From NCBI GenBank assembly GCA_964392615.1, contig CAYMRB010000001.1, forward strand, positions 7,343-71,342: DNA of 64,000 nt, in the 5' to 3' direction. Shown piece after piece: positions 48,751 through 57,288 of this stretch. The notes under the pieces are model-generated. The model worked only from the letters and a program-made list of their open reading frames with translations. It had not been told where the DNA came from and searched no databases. The number at the start of each line of letters is the position of its first letter. The stretch's first letter is position 1. The position numbers were made by a program, and so were the translations under genes. Source of the stretch: an uncultured Planctomycetia bacterium (lineage in GTDB: Bacteria > Planctomycetota > UBA8108).

Positions 48751-50064
48751 GTGCGTACGCCCACCAAGTCGTACAGGAGCACCGCCATGCTGCTCGACCG
48801 AGTCACCGCCGCGATCACCGTTCTCGCTATCACGGGGGCCGCGGCCGGCCCCGGACGCGACCTTCGCGCGGCTCAAGAGAATCCTCTCTCCAAGCCGTCC
48901 GGCTCCGCCGCGGAGCGTACAGTCGAATCCTACCCCGGGCTCTATGAGGGACGAGAGATCACCGTCCGGCTCCAGCTGGCGGGCGGGGAGTTCCGGGGCG
49001 CTCTCATCTTCCGCGGACAGAGCTATCCCCTCGAGGCGAGTCGCGCGTCCGACGGCGTCGTCGGGACCTTCCGGGTCGACGATCGATCGTTCGGCTTTCG
49101 GGCCGCCATCGACGGCAAGGCGATGACGCTCGAGAGCGGTGGATCGACCTACGAGCTCGAGAAGAAAGGGGCCGACCGCGACGGTGCGGGCAAGACGATC
49201 GCCAAGTCGAAGGGCAATCCGCTGTTCAGGAGCGGCAAGGTCTACAAGCACCGCTTGGGATTCACGTTCCGCTACCCGCGCGATTGGTCGGTTCGCGAGG
49301 AGGCGGCTGTCGGCGGCGTCCTGCTGACGCCACCCGGACAGGCGATGGGGCTTCAGGGTCCCGAGGAGTACTACATCCTGGGCGGAACGCCCGCGCCGGG
49401 AATCGAGCGCAGTGACGATCCTCAGGTCGTTCAGCACATCGACACGTTCGCCGCCAGCATGCTGCCCTTCCTGCGCAGAACAGGCAAACCGCAGGCGATC
49501 GCGTCCGGTCGCGGTCGCGGCAGCCTGCTGATCTACGACGGCAGGAGCCCGGAGGGCCACGACGCTCGCGCCCGCGTGAGCGTCTGCCTGATCGAGGGCT
49601 ACGGCATCACGTTCACGGCACTCGGGGTCAAGAAGCACGTCGAGAAGCGAAAGAAGACCGTCCAGCAGATGTTCGAGACCTTCGGCTTCGCCGAGGCCGA
49701 GAAGGACCCGAAGCTCGTGGGGATCTGGTTCTCCGAGTCGTTCTCTTCCGCCAAGGCAGGGAAGAGCTCTCTCAACACGACGACGAAGATGACCATGGTG
49801 CTGCGCAAGGACGGCCAGTTCGCCCGCATCAGTCGCTTCCTCGCTTCCGGCGAGACGCAGCACGGAACCTACTCGATCGACACGGGCGCCGAGAACTTCA
49901 AGAGCGACGGCCGCTGGTGTGCGAAGAACGGTTCCCTCTCGCTGATTTGGAACGACGGCGACTTCAGCGAGTACAAGTATCACGTCCAGGGAACACCGGG
50001 GAGTCGGGATCTGCTCCTGACGTGGGGAGACGGCAACAAGGAGCTCTGGCAGGATCAGAGGTAG
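48751..50064 (+). CDS. hypothetical secreted protein
   Basis: The Lys-containing, balanced composition contrasts with the antisense ORF 48526..50166. The probable real start is the Met at 48787 (MLLDRVTAAITVLAITGAAAG, signal peptide). No recognisable domain. Confidence 0.5.
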   Translation: MRTPTKSYRSTAMLLDRVTAAITVLAITGAAAGPGRDLRAAQENPLSKPSGSAAERTVESYPGLYEGREITVRLQLAGGEFRGALIFRGQSYPLEASRASDGVVGTFRVDDRSFGFRAAIDGKAMTLESGGSTYELEKKGADRDGAGKTIAKSKGNPLFRSGKVYKHRLGFTFRYPRDWSVREEAAVGGVLLTPPGQAMGLQGPEEYYILGGTPAPGIERSDDPQVVQHIDTFAASMLPFLRRTGKPQAIASGRGRGSLLIYDGRSPEGHDARARVSVCLIEGYGITFTALGVKKHVEKRKKTVQQMFETFGFAEAEKDPKLVGIWFSESFSSAKAGKSSLNTTTKMTMVLRKDGQFARISRFLASGETQHGTYSIDTGAENFKSDGRWCAKNGSLSLIWNDGDFSEYKYHVQGTPGSRDLLLTWGDGNKELWQDQR

Positions 50065-50128
50065 GCGATCGGTTCGCGGCGCGTTCCGCGAGTCATCGGC
50101 AACCAGCGGGCGAAACGAGGAATAGACG

Positions 50129-51490
50129 ATGAAGCGACGCATCCGCCGACGGAATTGGCTGCGCATGGTGGGGCTGTCGGGCGCAGCGGCGGCTCTCGGG
50201 CTCGTTCGGCCTCAGGGGGCCCGTGCCCAGGACTCGAGCGGGTTCGAGAGCTCGATCATCGCCGACCGCGAAGTGCAGGCGAATCGCGCCAGTCCGGTGC
50301 TCGTCGACGGCAAGGTCGTCCAGCCTCAATGCCAGCTTCCCGTCTTGCACACGACGGACGTCCTGGTCGTCGGAGGTGGACCCGCTGGTGTGTGCGCCGC
50401 GATCGCCGCGAAACGAGCCGGCGCCGATGTCACGATCGTCGAGAGATACGGCCACTTCGGCGGCCTGTGGACCGGCGGCCTGGTCCTGCTCGTCATCGGG
50501 CACATCGTCAAGGGAGGCAAGCAGGTCTGTCAGGGCATCGGCGAAGAGATGATGCGGCGCCTCGACAAGCTCGACGGCGCGATCATCGATCGTCGGCCCG
50601 GCGTCGCACCGACGGTCGACGCCGAGGCGGTCAAGTATCTGATGGTCGAAATGGTCGAGGAGGCCGGCATCAAGGTCTTCCTGCACTGCTGGGGGGCTGA
50701 CGCGATCGTCAACGGCAACGCCGTGGAAGGAGCCGTTTTCGAGAGCAAGTCGGGACGCCTGGCGATACTCGCGAAGAACGTCATCGACGCGACCGGCGAC
50801 GGCGACGTGTTCGCAGCGGCCGGGGCCGAGTACCAACGCCGCTCGCACAACGTGGGGCTGGTGACGCGTATCGGCAACCTCGACCGTGTCGATCGGCAGG
50901 CGGCCAGCAAGGCGGACCGCAAGCCGCGGCACCTCGGCAGGCGAACGCCCGTGCCCGGCGTCAACTGGGTCAACATGCACGGCCCCGAAGTCGACGGACT
51001 GGACGTCGAGGTGCTGACGCGCATGGAGATGAACCACCGCAAGTTCATCTGGCGCAATATGCAGAAGACGCGCAGCGCGCCGGGCTACGACAAGGTCTAC
51101 CTGATGGAGACCGCACCGCAATTGGGCGTGCGCATCACGCGAGTCCTGCAGGGCTTGGCCACCGTGACGTCGAAGGACCTGAAGGCGAATCGGACGTTCC
51201 CGGATGTGATCGGCGTGGGCGGCGCGTCCGCAGGGCAGCACCAGGAGTGGCAGATACCGTACGGCGCTCTCGTGCCGGAGAAGGTCGATCGACTGCTCGT
51301 TGCCGGCCGGTGCATCAGCGCGGAGATGCGCATGGCGGATCTCGTGCGGCTGATCCCGAACTGCTTCGTGACCGGACAGGCTGCGGGCGTCGCCGCAGCG
51401 GTGGCGACGCGGGCCGGTTGTCTGCCCCGGCAAGTCGAGGTGCCCGAGGTGCAGAAGATTCTGCGCCAGCAGGAGGCGTACCTCGGTTGA
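50129..51490 (+). CDS. TAT-exported FAD-dependent oxidoreductase (FAD_oxidored/PF12831-like)
   Basis: Twin-arginine leader MKRRIRRRNWLRMVGLSGAAAALG...AQD. The dinucleotide fold is DVLVVGGGPAGVCAAIAAKRAGADVTIVERYGHFGGLWTGG. The antisense ORF 50093..51433 is junk. Confidence 0.8.
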   Translation: MKRRIRRRNWLRMVGLSGAAAALGLVRPQGARAQDSSGFESSIIADREVQANRASPVLVDGKVVQPQCQLPVLHTTDVLVVGGGPAGVCAAIAAKRAGADVTIVERYGHFGGLWTGGLVLLVIGHIVKGGKQVCQGIGEEMMRRLDKLDGAIIDRRPGVAPTVDAEAVKYLMVEMVEEAGIKVFLHCWGADAIVNGNAVEGAVFESKSGRLAILAKNVIDATGDGDVFAAAGAEYQRRSHNVGLVTRIGNLDRVDRQAASKADRKPRHLGRRTPVPGVNWVNMHGPEVDGLDVEVLTRMEMNHRKFIWRNMQKTRSAPGYDKVYLMETAPQLGVRITRVLQGLATVTSKDLKANRTFPDVIGVGGASAGQHQEWQIPYGALVPEKVDRLLVAGRCISAEMRMADLVRLIPNCFVTGQAAGVAAAVATRAGCLPRQVEVPEVQKILRQQEAYLG

Positions 51491-52761
51491 GCGCGTCTGC
51501 CGTCGATCCGGCTCCTGAGTCGCGACCCGAGTCGTCCCCGTCCGGCGAACGGCGCCGCCGATCGACGCAGCGCTACTTGCATGGCGTCCTCCTCGTCGCG
51601 GCGGTGTTGCTGCTGGTGCCGCTACCGAACGCGGAGGAGCTCCTCGTCGTCGTCCCCGCGCTGAGCCCGTTCGTCGCGACGGCGTCGATTCTCGCCACGC
51701 ATTCGCTGCAACTCGCGACCTGGATCGGGCTGACGGTCGGCGTGATCACGCTCGCGCGCCACCGCTGGTTCTGTCGCTGGATCTGTCCGACGGGCACTTG
51801 CGCGGACTACGCGATGAAGCTCGGCATCCGGATGCGTCGCCCGCGTTCGCGGTTGCCGCCCATCGGACAGTGGATCGCGATCATGACGCTGGTCGGAGCC
51901 ATCCTCGGCTATCCACTGCTCTTGTGGCTCGATCCACTCGCGTTGCTCAGCGCGGCCGTCGGTCTGCCGAGGATCGCGACGAGCCCGGAGGTCGGCTTCG
52001 GCGCCACGGGGTTCGCGGCGGTCCTGCTCCTGAGCTTCGCGTGGCCGGGCGCATGGTGCCACCGCGTGTGTCCGCTCGGCGCGTTTCAGGATCTGCTCTT
52101 CCGATTCGTGCGAGCGATTCGAAGGCTCTTCCGCTCGAATCGGCGCGCGGGAAGCGCGACGCCACATGGCTGGACGCGGCGCGTCGTGTTGGGGGCGGCG
52201 TTCGGCGGTGCGTGGGCCGCGCTGACGAAATCGCTATGCCACTCGGCACCGACTCCCTTGCGCCCGCCCGGGGCCGTCGACGAGATCCGCTTCCGCGGGC
52301 TCTGCATCCGCTGCGGCAGTTGTCAGCGTGCCTGCCCGACCGACATCATCCGGCCGGATACCGGCGGACACGGAGTGTCGAGCCTGCTGACGCCGCGGCT
52401 CGAGTTCGACGAGAGCTACTGCCGCGAGGACTGCGTGCAATGCACGGACGTCTGCCCGAGCGGCGCCCTGACGCCCGTCGCCGTCGCGGCGAAGCAACAC
52501 GCCGCGATCGGATGGCCACACGTCGACATGGATCTCTGCCTCCTCGGCGACGATCGCGACTGCCGCGTGTGCCGCAATAGCTGTCCGTTCGAGGCGATCC
52601 GGCTCGTGTTCTCCGAGGAGGAGTACACGCTGACGCCGCAGATCGACCCTGAGCGCTGTCCGGGGTGTGGAGCGTGTGAGATCGCCTGTCCGACCGAACC
52701 GACGAAGGCGATCTTGATTCGCCCGGTGAGCGTCGAGCCCCCGTCCGAGCCGTCTGCGTAG
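51487..52761 (+). CDS. NapH/MauN/NosR-like membrane polyferredoxin (integral-membrane CxxCP motifs plus a C-terminal 4x[4Fe-4S] ferredoxin domain)
   Basis: The membrane part carries RHRWFCRWICPTG and WCHRVCPLG (NapH-type CxxCP). The ferredoxin part carries CIRCGSCQRACP, CVQCTDVCP, CRVCRNSCP and CPGCGACEIACP. The start is uncertain. There is no in-frame ATG before the first TM, so I propose TTG 51487, overlapping the upstream stop as TTGA, or TTG 51577. The listed ORF start 51247 lies inside the FAD-oxidoreductase gene. Confidence 0.65.
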   Translation: MSASAVDPAPESRPESSPSGERRRRSTQRYLHGVLLVAAVLLLVPLPNAEELLVVVPALSPFVATASILATHSLQLATWIGLTVGVITLARHRWFCRWICPTGTCADYAMKLGIRMRRPRSRLPPIGQWIAIMTLVGAILGYPLLLWLDPLALLSAAVGLPRIATSPEVGFGATGFAAVLLLSFAWPGAWCHRVCPLGAFQDLLFRFVRAIRRLFRSNRRAGSATPHGWTRRVVLGAAFGGAWAALTKSLCHSAPTPLRPPGAVDEIRFRGLCIRCGSCQRACPTDIIRPDTGGHGVSSLLTPRLEFDESYCREDCVQCTDVCPSGALTPVAVAAKQHAAIGWPHVDMDLCLLGDDRDCRVCRNSCPFEAIRLVFSEEEYTLTPQIDPERCPGCGACEIACPTEPTKAILIRPVSVEPPSEPSA

Positions 52762-52845
52762 CAGCAATCGGGATTCGCCACCGGCCCGCGGATCGGGGAG
52801 GGTGCGCTGCCAGCTCGTGGGCGGATTGCGTGAGATGCGGCAGCG

Positions 52846-52868
52846 CTGGATGTCGCCTCCCCATCCAG
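52846..52868 (+). terminator. hairpin CTGGATG-N9-CATCCAG downstream of the polyferredoxin gene
   Basis: 7-bp perfect stem, 85 nt after the stop at 52761 and 155 nt before the cohesin gene. No U-tract. Confidence 0.2.
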
Positions 52869-53013
52869 AACGGCGTGACGGCAGGTGAGAGCCATCGCGG
52901 CCTCGGTGCCGGTGTCCGGCGGCGAGGGCTTCCGAGCCCTGCTGGCGACATCGGCCGGCGTCCGTCCGGTGTGCACCCGAGCGCGACGTCGGACGGTGGG
53001 CTCCGCGCCCGCA

Positions 53014-53026
53014 AGGAGGAACCATG
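53014..53026 (+). promoter_or_regulatory. strong Shine-Dalgarno (AGGAGG) plus ATG of the first cohesin/dockerin gene
   Basis: gcaaggaggaaccATGg. AGGAGG lies at 53014-53019 with a 4-nt spacer before the ATG. Confidence 0.4.
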
Positions 53027-54268
53027 GGACGAAGATGCTGTCAGGCGCTCCTGTTGGCGCTTTTCCCGAGCTTGCCACTTCTGTCCCAGGACGCCTCGCT
53101 GCAACTCGGGACCGATCAGGGTGGGTTCGGCGAACGAGTCGAGATCCCCCTCAGGATCTCCGCGGATGACTCGATCGACGGCTTCACGATCGCCGTCGAC
53201 TGGAGCGAGGGCACCGGGATCGAGCTGCGCGATCTCGCCGTGGAGGCGGACGACCCGGACATCCTGGTGTTCGAGCACGTCGCAGAGGTGACGGACCACC
53301 GCATGATCTACGCGGTCGCGGGGCTCGACGTGCTGCAGCCGGGAGAGGACATCCTGCTCGCGACGCTGGTGATCGAATGCCAGCCGGGACCCACGGCGAC
53401 GAGGACGGAGCTCGTCTTCCGGGACGACGTCTACTCGATCGTGCCGGGCGCTCCACCGATCGCGAACACCGTCCTGCTCGCCGACGGCTCTGAGCTCACC
53501 CGAGGCGCGGGGCTCGAGCTCGTCAACGGCGAGGTCATCAGCGTCGGACCAGAGGCCTGCGACGACGGCGCCGACAACGACCTGGACGGCCTGACCGACT
53601 GCGACGACCCGGACTGCGCACCCAGCTGTCCGGAGACGGCCTGCGACGACTGCGAGGTCGGTACTCTGGAATGCGGCGGCTCTGTCGAGGGTGAGCTCAC
53701 TCCCGAGGATTGCCAGCTCGCAGACGAAACCTACGTCGACGTCTACCGACTCGAGGTGTCCACTCCGGGCCCCGTGCGGATCGAGATGCACGCCCAAGGG
53801 CTCACTGACACCGTCCTCGCGCTCGCGGATGCGAGCTGCGAGACGATCGCGCAGAACGACGACTGCGAGCCCGACAATCTGCAGCGCTCCTGCATCCGTC
53901 TGCCCGAGCTCGCACCCGGGACGTACTACGTCATCGCGTCGAGCGTCGAGCCGGAGCAGGGTGGATACCGCATCGACGTGCGGTGCCCCATCCCCTTCCG
54001 CCGTGCCGACACCAACGCGAACGGCGTCTTGGACATCTCCGACGCGGTGCTGTTCCTGGGATACCTGTTCCTGGGATCCCCTACCGAGCTGCCCTGCCTG
54101 GACGCCGTCGATACCGACGACAGCGGCATCCTGAATCTCTCCGACGCCATCCTGCCTCTGAACTTCCTGTTTCTCGGGGGTGACCCGCCGCGGCCGCCCT
54201 TTCCCGATTGCGGGCCGGACTTGACTGAAGACGCACTGGGTTGTGACGCCTTCGAGGTCTGCTCATGA
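53024..54268 (+). CDS. secreted cohesin-like + PPC (pre-peptidase C-terminal) + type-I dockerin protein
   Basis: AGGAGG lies 4 nt before the ATG, followed by the signal peptide MGRRCCQALLLALFPSLPLLSQ. The cohesin-like beta-sandwich is ERVEIPLRISADDSIDGFTIAVDWSEG...LATLVIECQ. The PPC domain is YVDVYRLEVSTPGPVRIEMHAQGLTDTVLALADASC...GTYYVIASS. The dockerin Ca-loop pair is DTNANGVLDISDAVLFLGYLF ... DTDDSGILNLSDAILPLNFLF. Confidence 0.75.
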   Translation: MGRRCCQALLLALFPSLPLLSQDASLQLGTDQGGFGERVEIPLRISADDSIDGFTIAVDWSEGTGIELRDLAVEADDPDILVFEHVAEVTDHRMIYAVAGLDVLQPGEDILLATLVIECQPGPTATRTELVFRDDVYSIVPGAPPIANTVLLADGSELTRGAGLELVNGEVISVGPEACDDGADNDLDGLTDCDDPDCAPSCPETACDDCEVGTLECGGSVEGELTPEDCQLADETYVDVYRLEVSTPGPVRIEMHAQGLTDTVLALADASCETIAQNDDCEPDNLQRSCIRLPELAPGTYYVIASSVEPEQGGYRIDVRCPIPFRRADTNANGVLDISDAVLFLGYLFLGSPTELPCLDAVDTDDSGILNLSDAILPLNFLFLGGDPPRPPFPDCGPDLTEDALGCDAFEVCS

Positions 54269-57200
54269 CCGCGAGCAGCTTCGAGCCGATCGAGCCGCGT
54301 TCAGCACAGCGAACAAGGGACGTGAAAACCATGGTAGCCAGAAGCTCACCGACGAGCAGCGCACTGCTTTCCTGTGCCGTCCTTCTGGTCCTGACGGCCG
54401 GCTCCCGTCTCGCGGCGGAGCTGCCTCTCCCGGACGCCGTCTTCTACGGAACGATCCGGTTGAACTGCTCCGACGTGGAGTCCGGAGACCTCCGCGCTGT
54501 CGTGGAGCGTGGCGGCGTGCCCGTCACCGAGCCCGTCGCGGACTTCGGGCTCTTCGAAGGAACGCCCGTCTACGCGCTGAGGGTCCCGATGGAGACGAAT
54601 ATCGGGGCTCCCGGCGATGTGCCGAACGCAGCGCAACCCGGGGATGCTCTGGTCGCGCTCGTTCTGGACGGCACACCCGTCTGGACCGGGGAGGAGGTCT
54701 TGGCCTGGGGCAGCCTGACCGAGCTCTCCCTCGACGTCGGCTCGTGTGGAGTGACGTTCCTGCGGGGCGATGCCAACGGTACGGGCACGGTGAGCTTCGC
54801 CGACGGGATCTTCATCCTCCGCTGGGTCTTCCGTGGCGGAGCGACACCGCTCTGCCTCGACGCCGCGGACGCCAACGACAACGGAGCCGTCAATTTCGCG
54901 GACGGAATCTACCTCCTGCGCTGGGTCTTCCGCGGTGGGCCGATGCCGCCGCCGCCATTCGGAGCATCGATCGAGTCCGGTTGTGGCTTCGATCCGACGC
55001 TCGACGACCTGGCCTGCGAGAGCTCGGCCTGCTCGGACGCGGGCGAGGGAGACGGCGGCATCGCGGATGCTGGCGACGCGGGCGGTGGCGCTGACGGCCG
55101 CGCTGTGACGCGCACCGACCGCTACGTCACCGTCGTGAATCTGCGAGGCGACGCGCCCGCAGAACCGCCTCTTCCTGGAGACTTCCTGCGCCACGGACAG
55201 CGCCGGGATGCACGCGGCCTCACCGCATCGGGGCGGCTGCTCGAGCTCACGCCCGATGCGCTTCGCCTCGGCGCGATTCCGGTCAGCGGCATCGAGAGGA
55301 GCGTGGTCATCGCCAATCGATCCGAACACGGCCAGGCTCTCGCCCTGCGCAGTCTTTCCCCGCTCTTCGATGTGCGCCCGAGTTCGTTCGAGATCCCTCC
55401 CGCGGGGACGTTCACGGTCTGGGTCCGGGCCGACGCGAACGGGACGCTCGAGGACGGCGACCCGGGCGATCCGTTCATCGAGGTCACCGCAGGCGGCGAC
55501 CTCGTGGCCCGCGTTCCCGTCGAGTACGAGATCGAGGCGTCCGACGTAGCGATCGAGGCGGGCAGCGTGACGGTCCGCGACGGGACGGACGAGACCATCG
55601 CCGTGCCGGTCGTCGTGCGCAGCGCGGTCGACATCCGGGCCGTCCGGTTCAGCCTCGAGTACGACGACGCGGTCTTTGCCGGCGCGGTCTTCGTCTCTCC
55701 GCTCGCGAAGGACAAGCCGCGTTCCGCGAGCTCCGGCAGGATGCTCGACGTCGGCCTGCCGGGCTCGTTCGCTGCCGGCACCGAAGGCGTGATCGGCCAC
55801 GCCCTCCTGACGCCTCGCACCTGGCTGGATCCGGGCGTTCACCCCGTGCTCGTGCGCGCTCCGCGTGCCGACCTTGCGGATGCAGAGGCCGACGCACGCA
55901 CGATCCTGGCCGCTGCGACGCACGGGGAAGTGTGCTGCCGGACGCCGTGGCTGGACCTCGACGGCGACGGCAGGGTCACCGCTGGCTACGAGGGCGTCCT
56001 CGCCCGGCGCCACGCGCTCGGCGAGGCGGAGCTCTACCCGGCCCATTGGCGCATGTCCCCCTCCGATCCGCCCGCCCTCACCGTGGCGGAATTGCTTCGG
56101 AAGCGCGCGCCGTATCTGGACGTCGACGCGTCGGGCGATGTGGACGACGCCGATTTCGACGCGATCACCCTCGGGCTGTGCGATCGGACGCGTCCAGGCG
56201 AGGACACCCTGGCGCGCGTGCGCAACCTCCACCTGCCGGAGACTCTGGCGACGGTGCAGCTCGGGACGGCGAGATTCCCGGTCGCGCTGCGATGGCAAAC
56301 GCTCACCGTCGGCGAACGGGTTCGCGTCCCCGTTCTTCTCGATCTCGATCGACCGCTTCACGAGCTCGATCTGATCGTCGCGAGTGACCCGGATCGCGTC
56401 GAGATCCACGGATTCGAGGCCGGCGCTCGGCTGCTGAGCGAGGTGGAGCAGCGGCGGGAGCAGCCCGGCGCGCTGCGAATCGTGGCGCCGGCTCGCAAGC
56501 AGAGCCTCGTCACGACCGGCTGCGGTGCTATCGGCTACGTCACGGTCGAGGTCGTCAACACCGGTGACGCGAACTCCGTGCCCCTCGCTCTCGAGACTTC
56601 GACGACCTCATTGGCGGGCTCGAAGATCGAGGTAGGCGTCGCCGAAGCTGACGCGCCAGGCCTCGAGCTGGACATCTGCGCGGGCCAAGCGAGGAGCGGG
56701 GCCGAGGGCTGGGAGCTCGCGCTATACCTGAACCCGGTGGCTCCCGACGCGAACTTGCTGCGCTTCGAGCTGGAGTATCCCGAGGTGATTCGCGCACTCG
56801 CGGCGCGCGGCGTGAGCCGCGACTCGAAGCGAGCGATCGAGGTGCACGTCGAGGACGCGGCCGAACGCGGTGCAGCGTCGGTCCTCGTCTACCAGCCCCG
56901 CGGCGTGCCTCTGCGCGTCGCCGCGGGAGGCGAAGCGGTCGCGAGGATCGCGCTGGCGCCCGACGGCGTCGGCGTCTCGTCTTCGCGGCTGGAGTTCGCG
57001 GGGCGAGTGACTCACGCAGCGCTCGGAGCGGAGAGCTCGTCCATCGCGTCAGGCCATCTCCGCGTCGACCGACGCGAGCTCGAGTCCTGCGGTCCCGCCG
57101 GCGAGGACTGCGAGGTGGCGTTGAAGTCTCCCGACCTGGGGCAGGCGCTGGAGCTGCTGGGTTTCCTGTTCGAGGGACGAACCGAACCGGCATGCCTGCG

Positions 57201-57279
57201 CGCGCACGACCTCGACGGCGACGGCGCCGTGGCCGCTCGCGACGCGCTCGAGATGATTCGACGGCTGGTGCTGCGCTGA
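54265..57279 (+). CDS. scaffoldin-like protein with several dockerin-like Ca-binding repeat pairs and at least two cohesin-like modules
   Basis: It overlaps the upstream stop (ATGA at 54265-54268). A signal peptide lies at the internal Met 54331 (MVARSSPTSSALLSCAVLLVLTAGS), so the start could be either. Dockerin pairs are GDANGTGTVSFADGIFILRWVFRGG / DANDNGAVNFADGIYLLRWVFRGG and LDLDGDGRVT.../LDVDASGDVDDADFDAITLGL, and a C-terminal DLDGDGAVAARDALEMIRRLV. Cohesin-like segments include IAVPVVVRSAVDIRAVRFSLEYDDAVF and SVPLALETS...LRFELEYPEV. Confidence 0.75.
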   Translation: MTASSFEPIEPRSAQRTRDVKTMVARSSPTSSALLSCAVLLVLTAGSRLAAELPLPDAVFYGTIRLNCSDVESGDLRAVVERGGVPVTEPVADFGLFEGTPVYALRVPMETNIGAPGDVPNAAQPGDALVALVLDGTPVWTGEEVLAWGSLTELSLDVGSCGVTFLRGDANGTGTVSFADGIFILRWVFRGGATPLCLDAADANDNGAVNFADGIYLLRWVFRGGPMPPPPFGASIESGCGFDPTLDDLACESSACSDAGEGDGGIADAGDAGGGADGRAVTRTDRYVTVVNLRGDAPAEPPLPGDFLRHGQRRDARGLTASGRLLELTPDALRLGAIPVSGIERSVVIANRSEHGQALALRSLSPLFDVRPSSFEIPPAGTFTVWVRADANGTLEDGDPGDPFIEVTAGGDLVARVPVEYEIEASDVAIEAGSVTVRDGTDETIAVPVVVRSAVDIRAVRFSLEYDDAVFAGAVFVSPLAKDKPRSASSGRMLDVGLPGSFAAGTEGVIGHALLTPRTWLDPGVHPVLVRAPRADLADAEADARTILAAATHGEVCCRTPWLDLDGDGRVTAGYEGVLARRHALGEAELYPAHWRMSPSDPPALTVAELLRKRAPYLDVDASGDVDDADFDAITLGLCDRTRPGEDTLARVRNLHLPETLATVQLGTARFPVALRWQTLTVGERVRVPVLLDLDRPLHELDLIVASDPDRVEIHGFEAGARLLSEVEQRREQPGALRIVAPARKQSLVTTGCGAIGYVTVEVVNTGDANSVPLALETSTTSLAGSKIEVGVAEADAPGLELDICAGQARSGAEGWELALYLNPVAPDANLLRFELEYPEVIRALAARGVSRDSKRAIEVHVEDAAERGAASVLVYQPRGVPLRVAAGGEAVARIALAPDGVGVSSSRLEFAGRVTHAALGAESSSIASGHLRVDRRELESCGPAGEDCEVALKSPDLGQALELLGFLFEGRTEPACLRAHDLDGDGAVAARDALEMIRRLVLR
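54763..54940 (+). repeat. tandem duplicated dockerin half-sites, near-identical at nucleotide level
   Basis: gggatcttcatcctccgctgggtcttccgtggcgga (approx. 54801-54836) versus ggaatctacctcctgcgctgggtcttccgcggtggg (approx. 54904-54939). These encode FADGIFILRWVFRGG / FADGIYLLRWVFRGG after the Ca loops DANGTGTVS / DANDNGAVN. Confidence 0.5.
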
Positions 57280-57288
57280 GGGCGACCG

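Noticed and set aside
48526-50166. 546-aa minus-strand ORF over the hypothetical secreted protein gene
   Set aside because: Arg/Ala/Leu-rich. The plus-strand frame has balanced, Lys-containing composition and a signal peptide.
51247-51486. Listed start (51247) of the polyferredoxin ORF; also 51097..51582(-) and 51798..52580(+)
   Set aside because: The 5' 240 nt lie inside the FAD-oxidoreductase gene in another frame. Coding-like sequence begins after 51487.
52346-53797. 483-aa minus-strand ORF spanning the polyferredoxin / cohesin-gene junction
   Set aside because: Antisense junk crossing an intergenic region.
54346-56409. 687-aa minus-strand ORF over the scaffoldin-like gene
   Set aside because: Antisense; Arg/Asp/Glu-rich.
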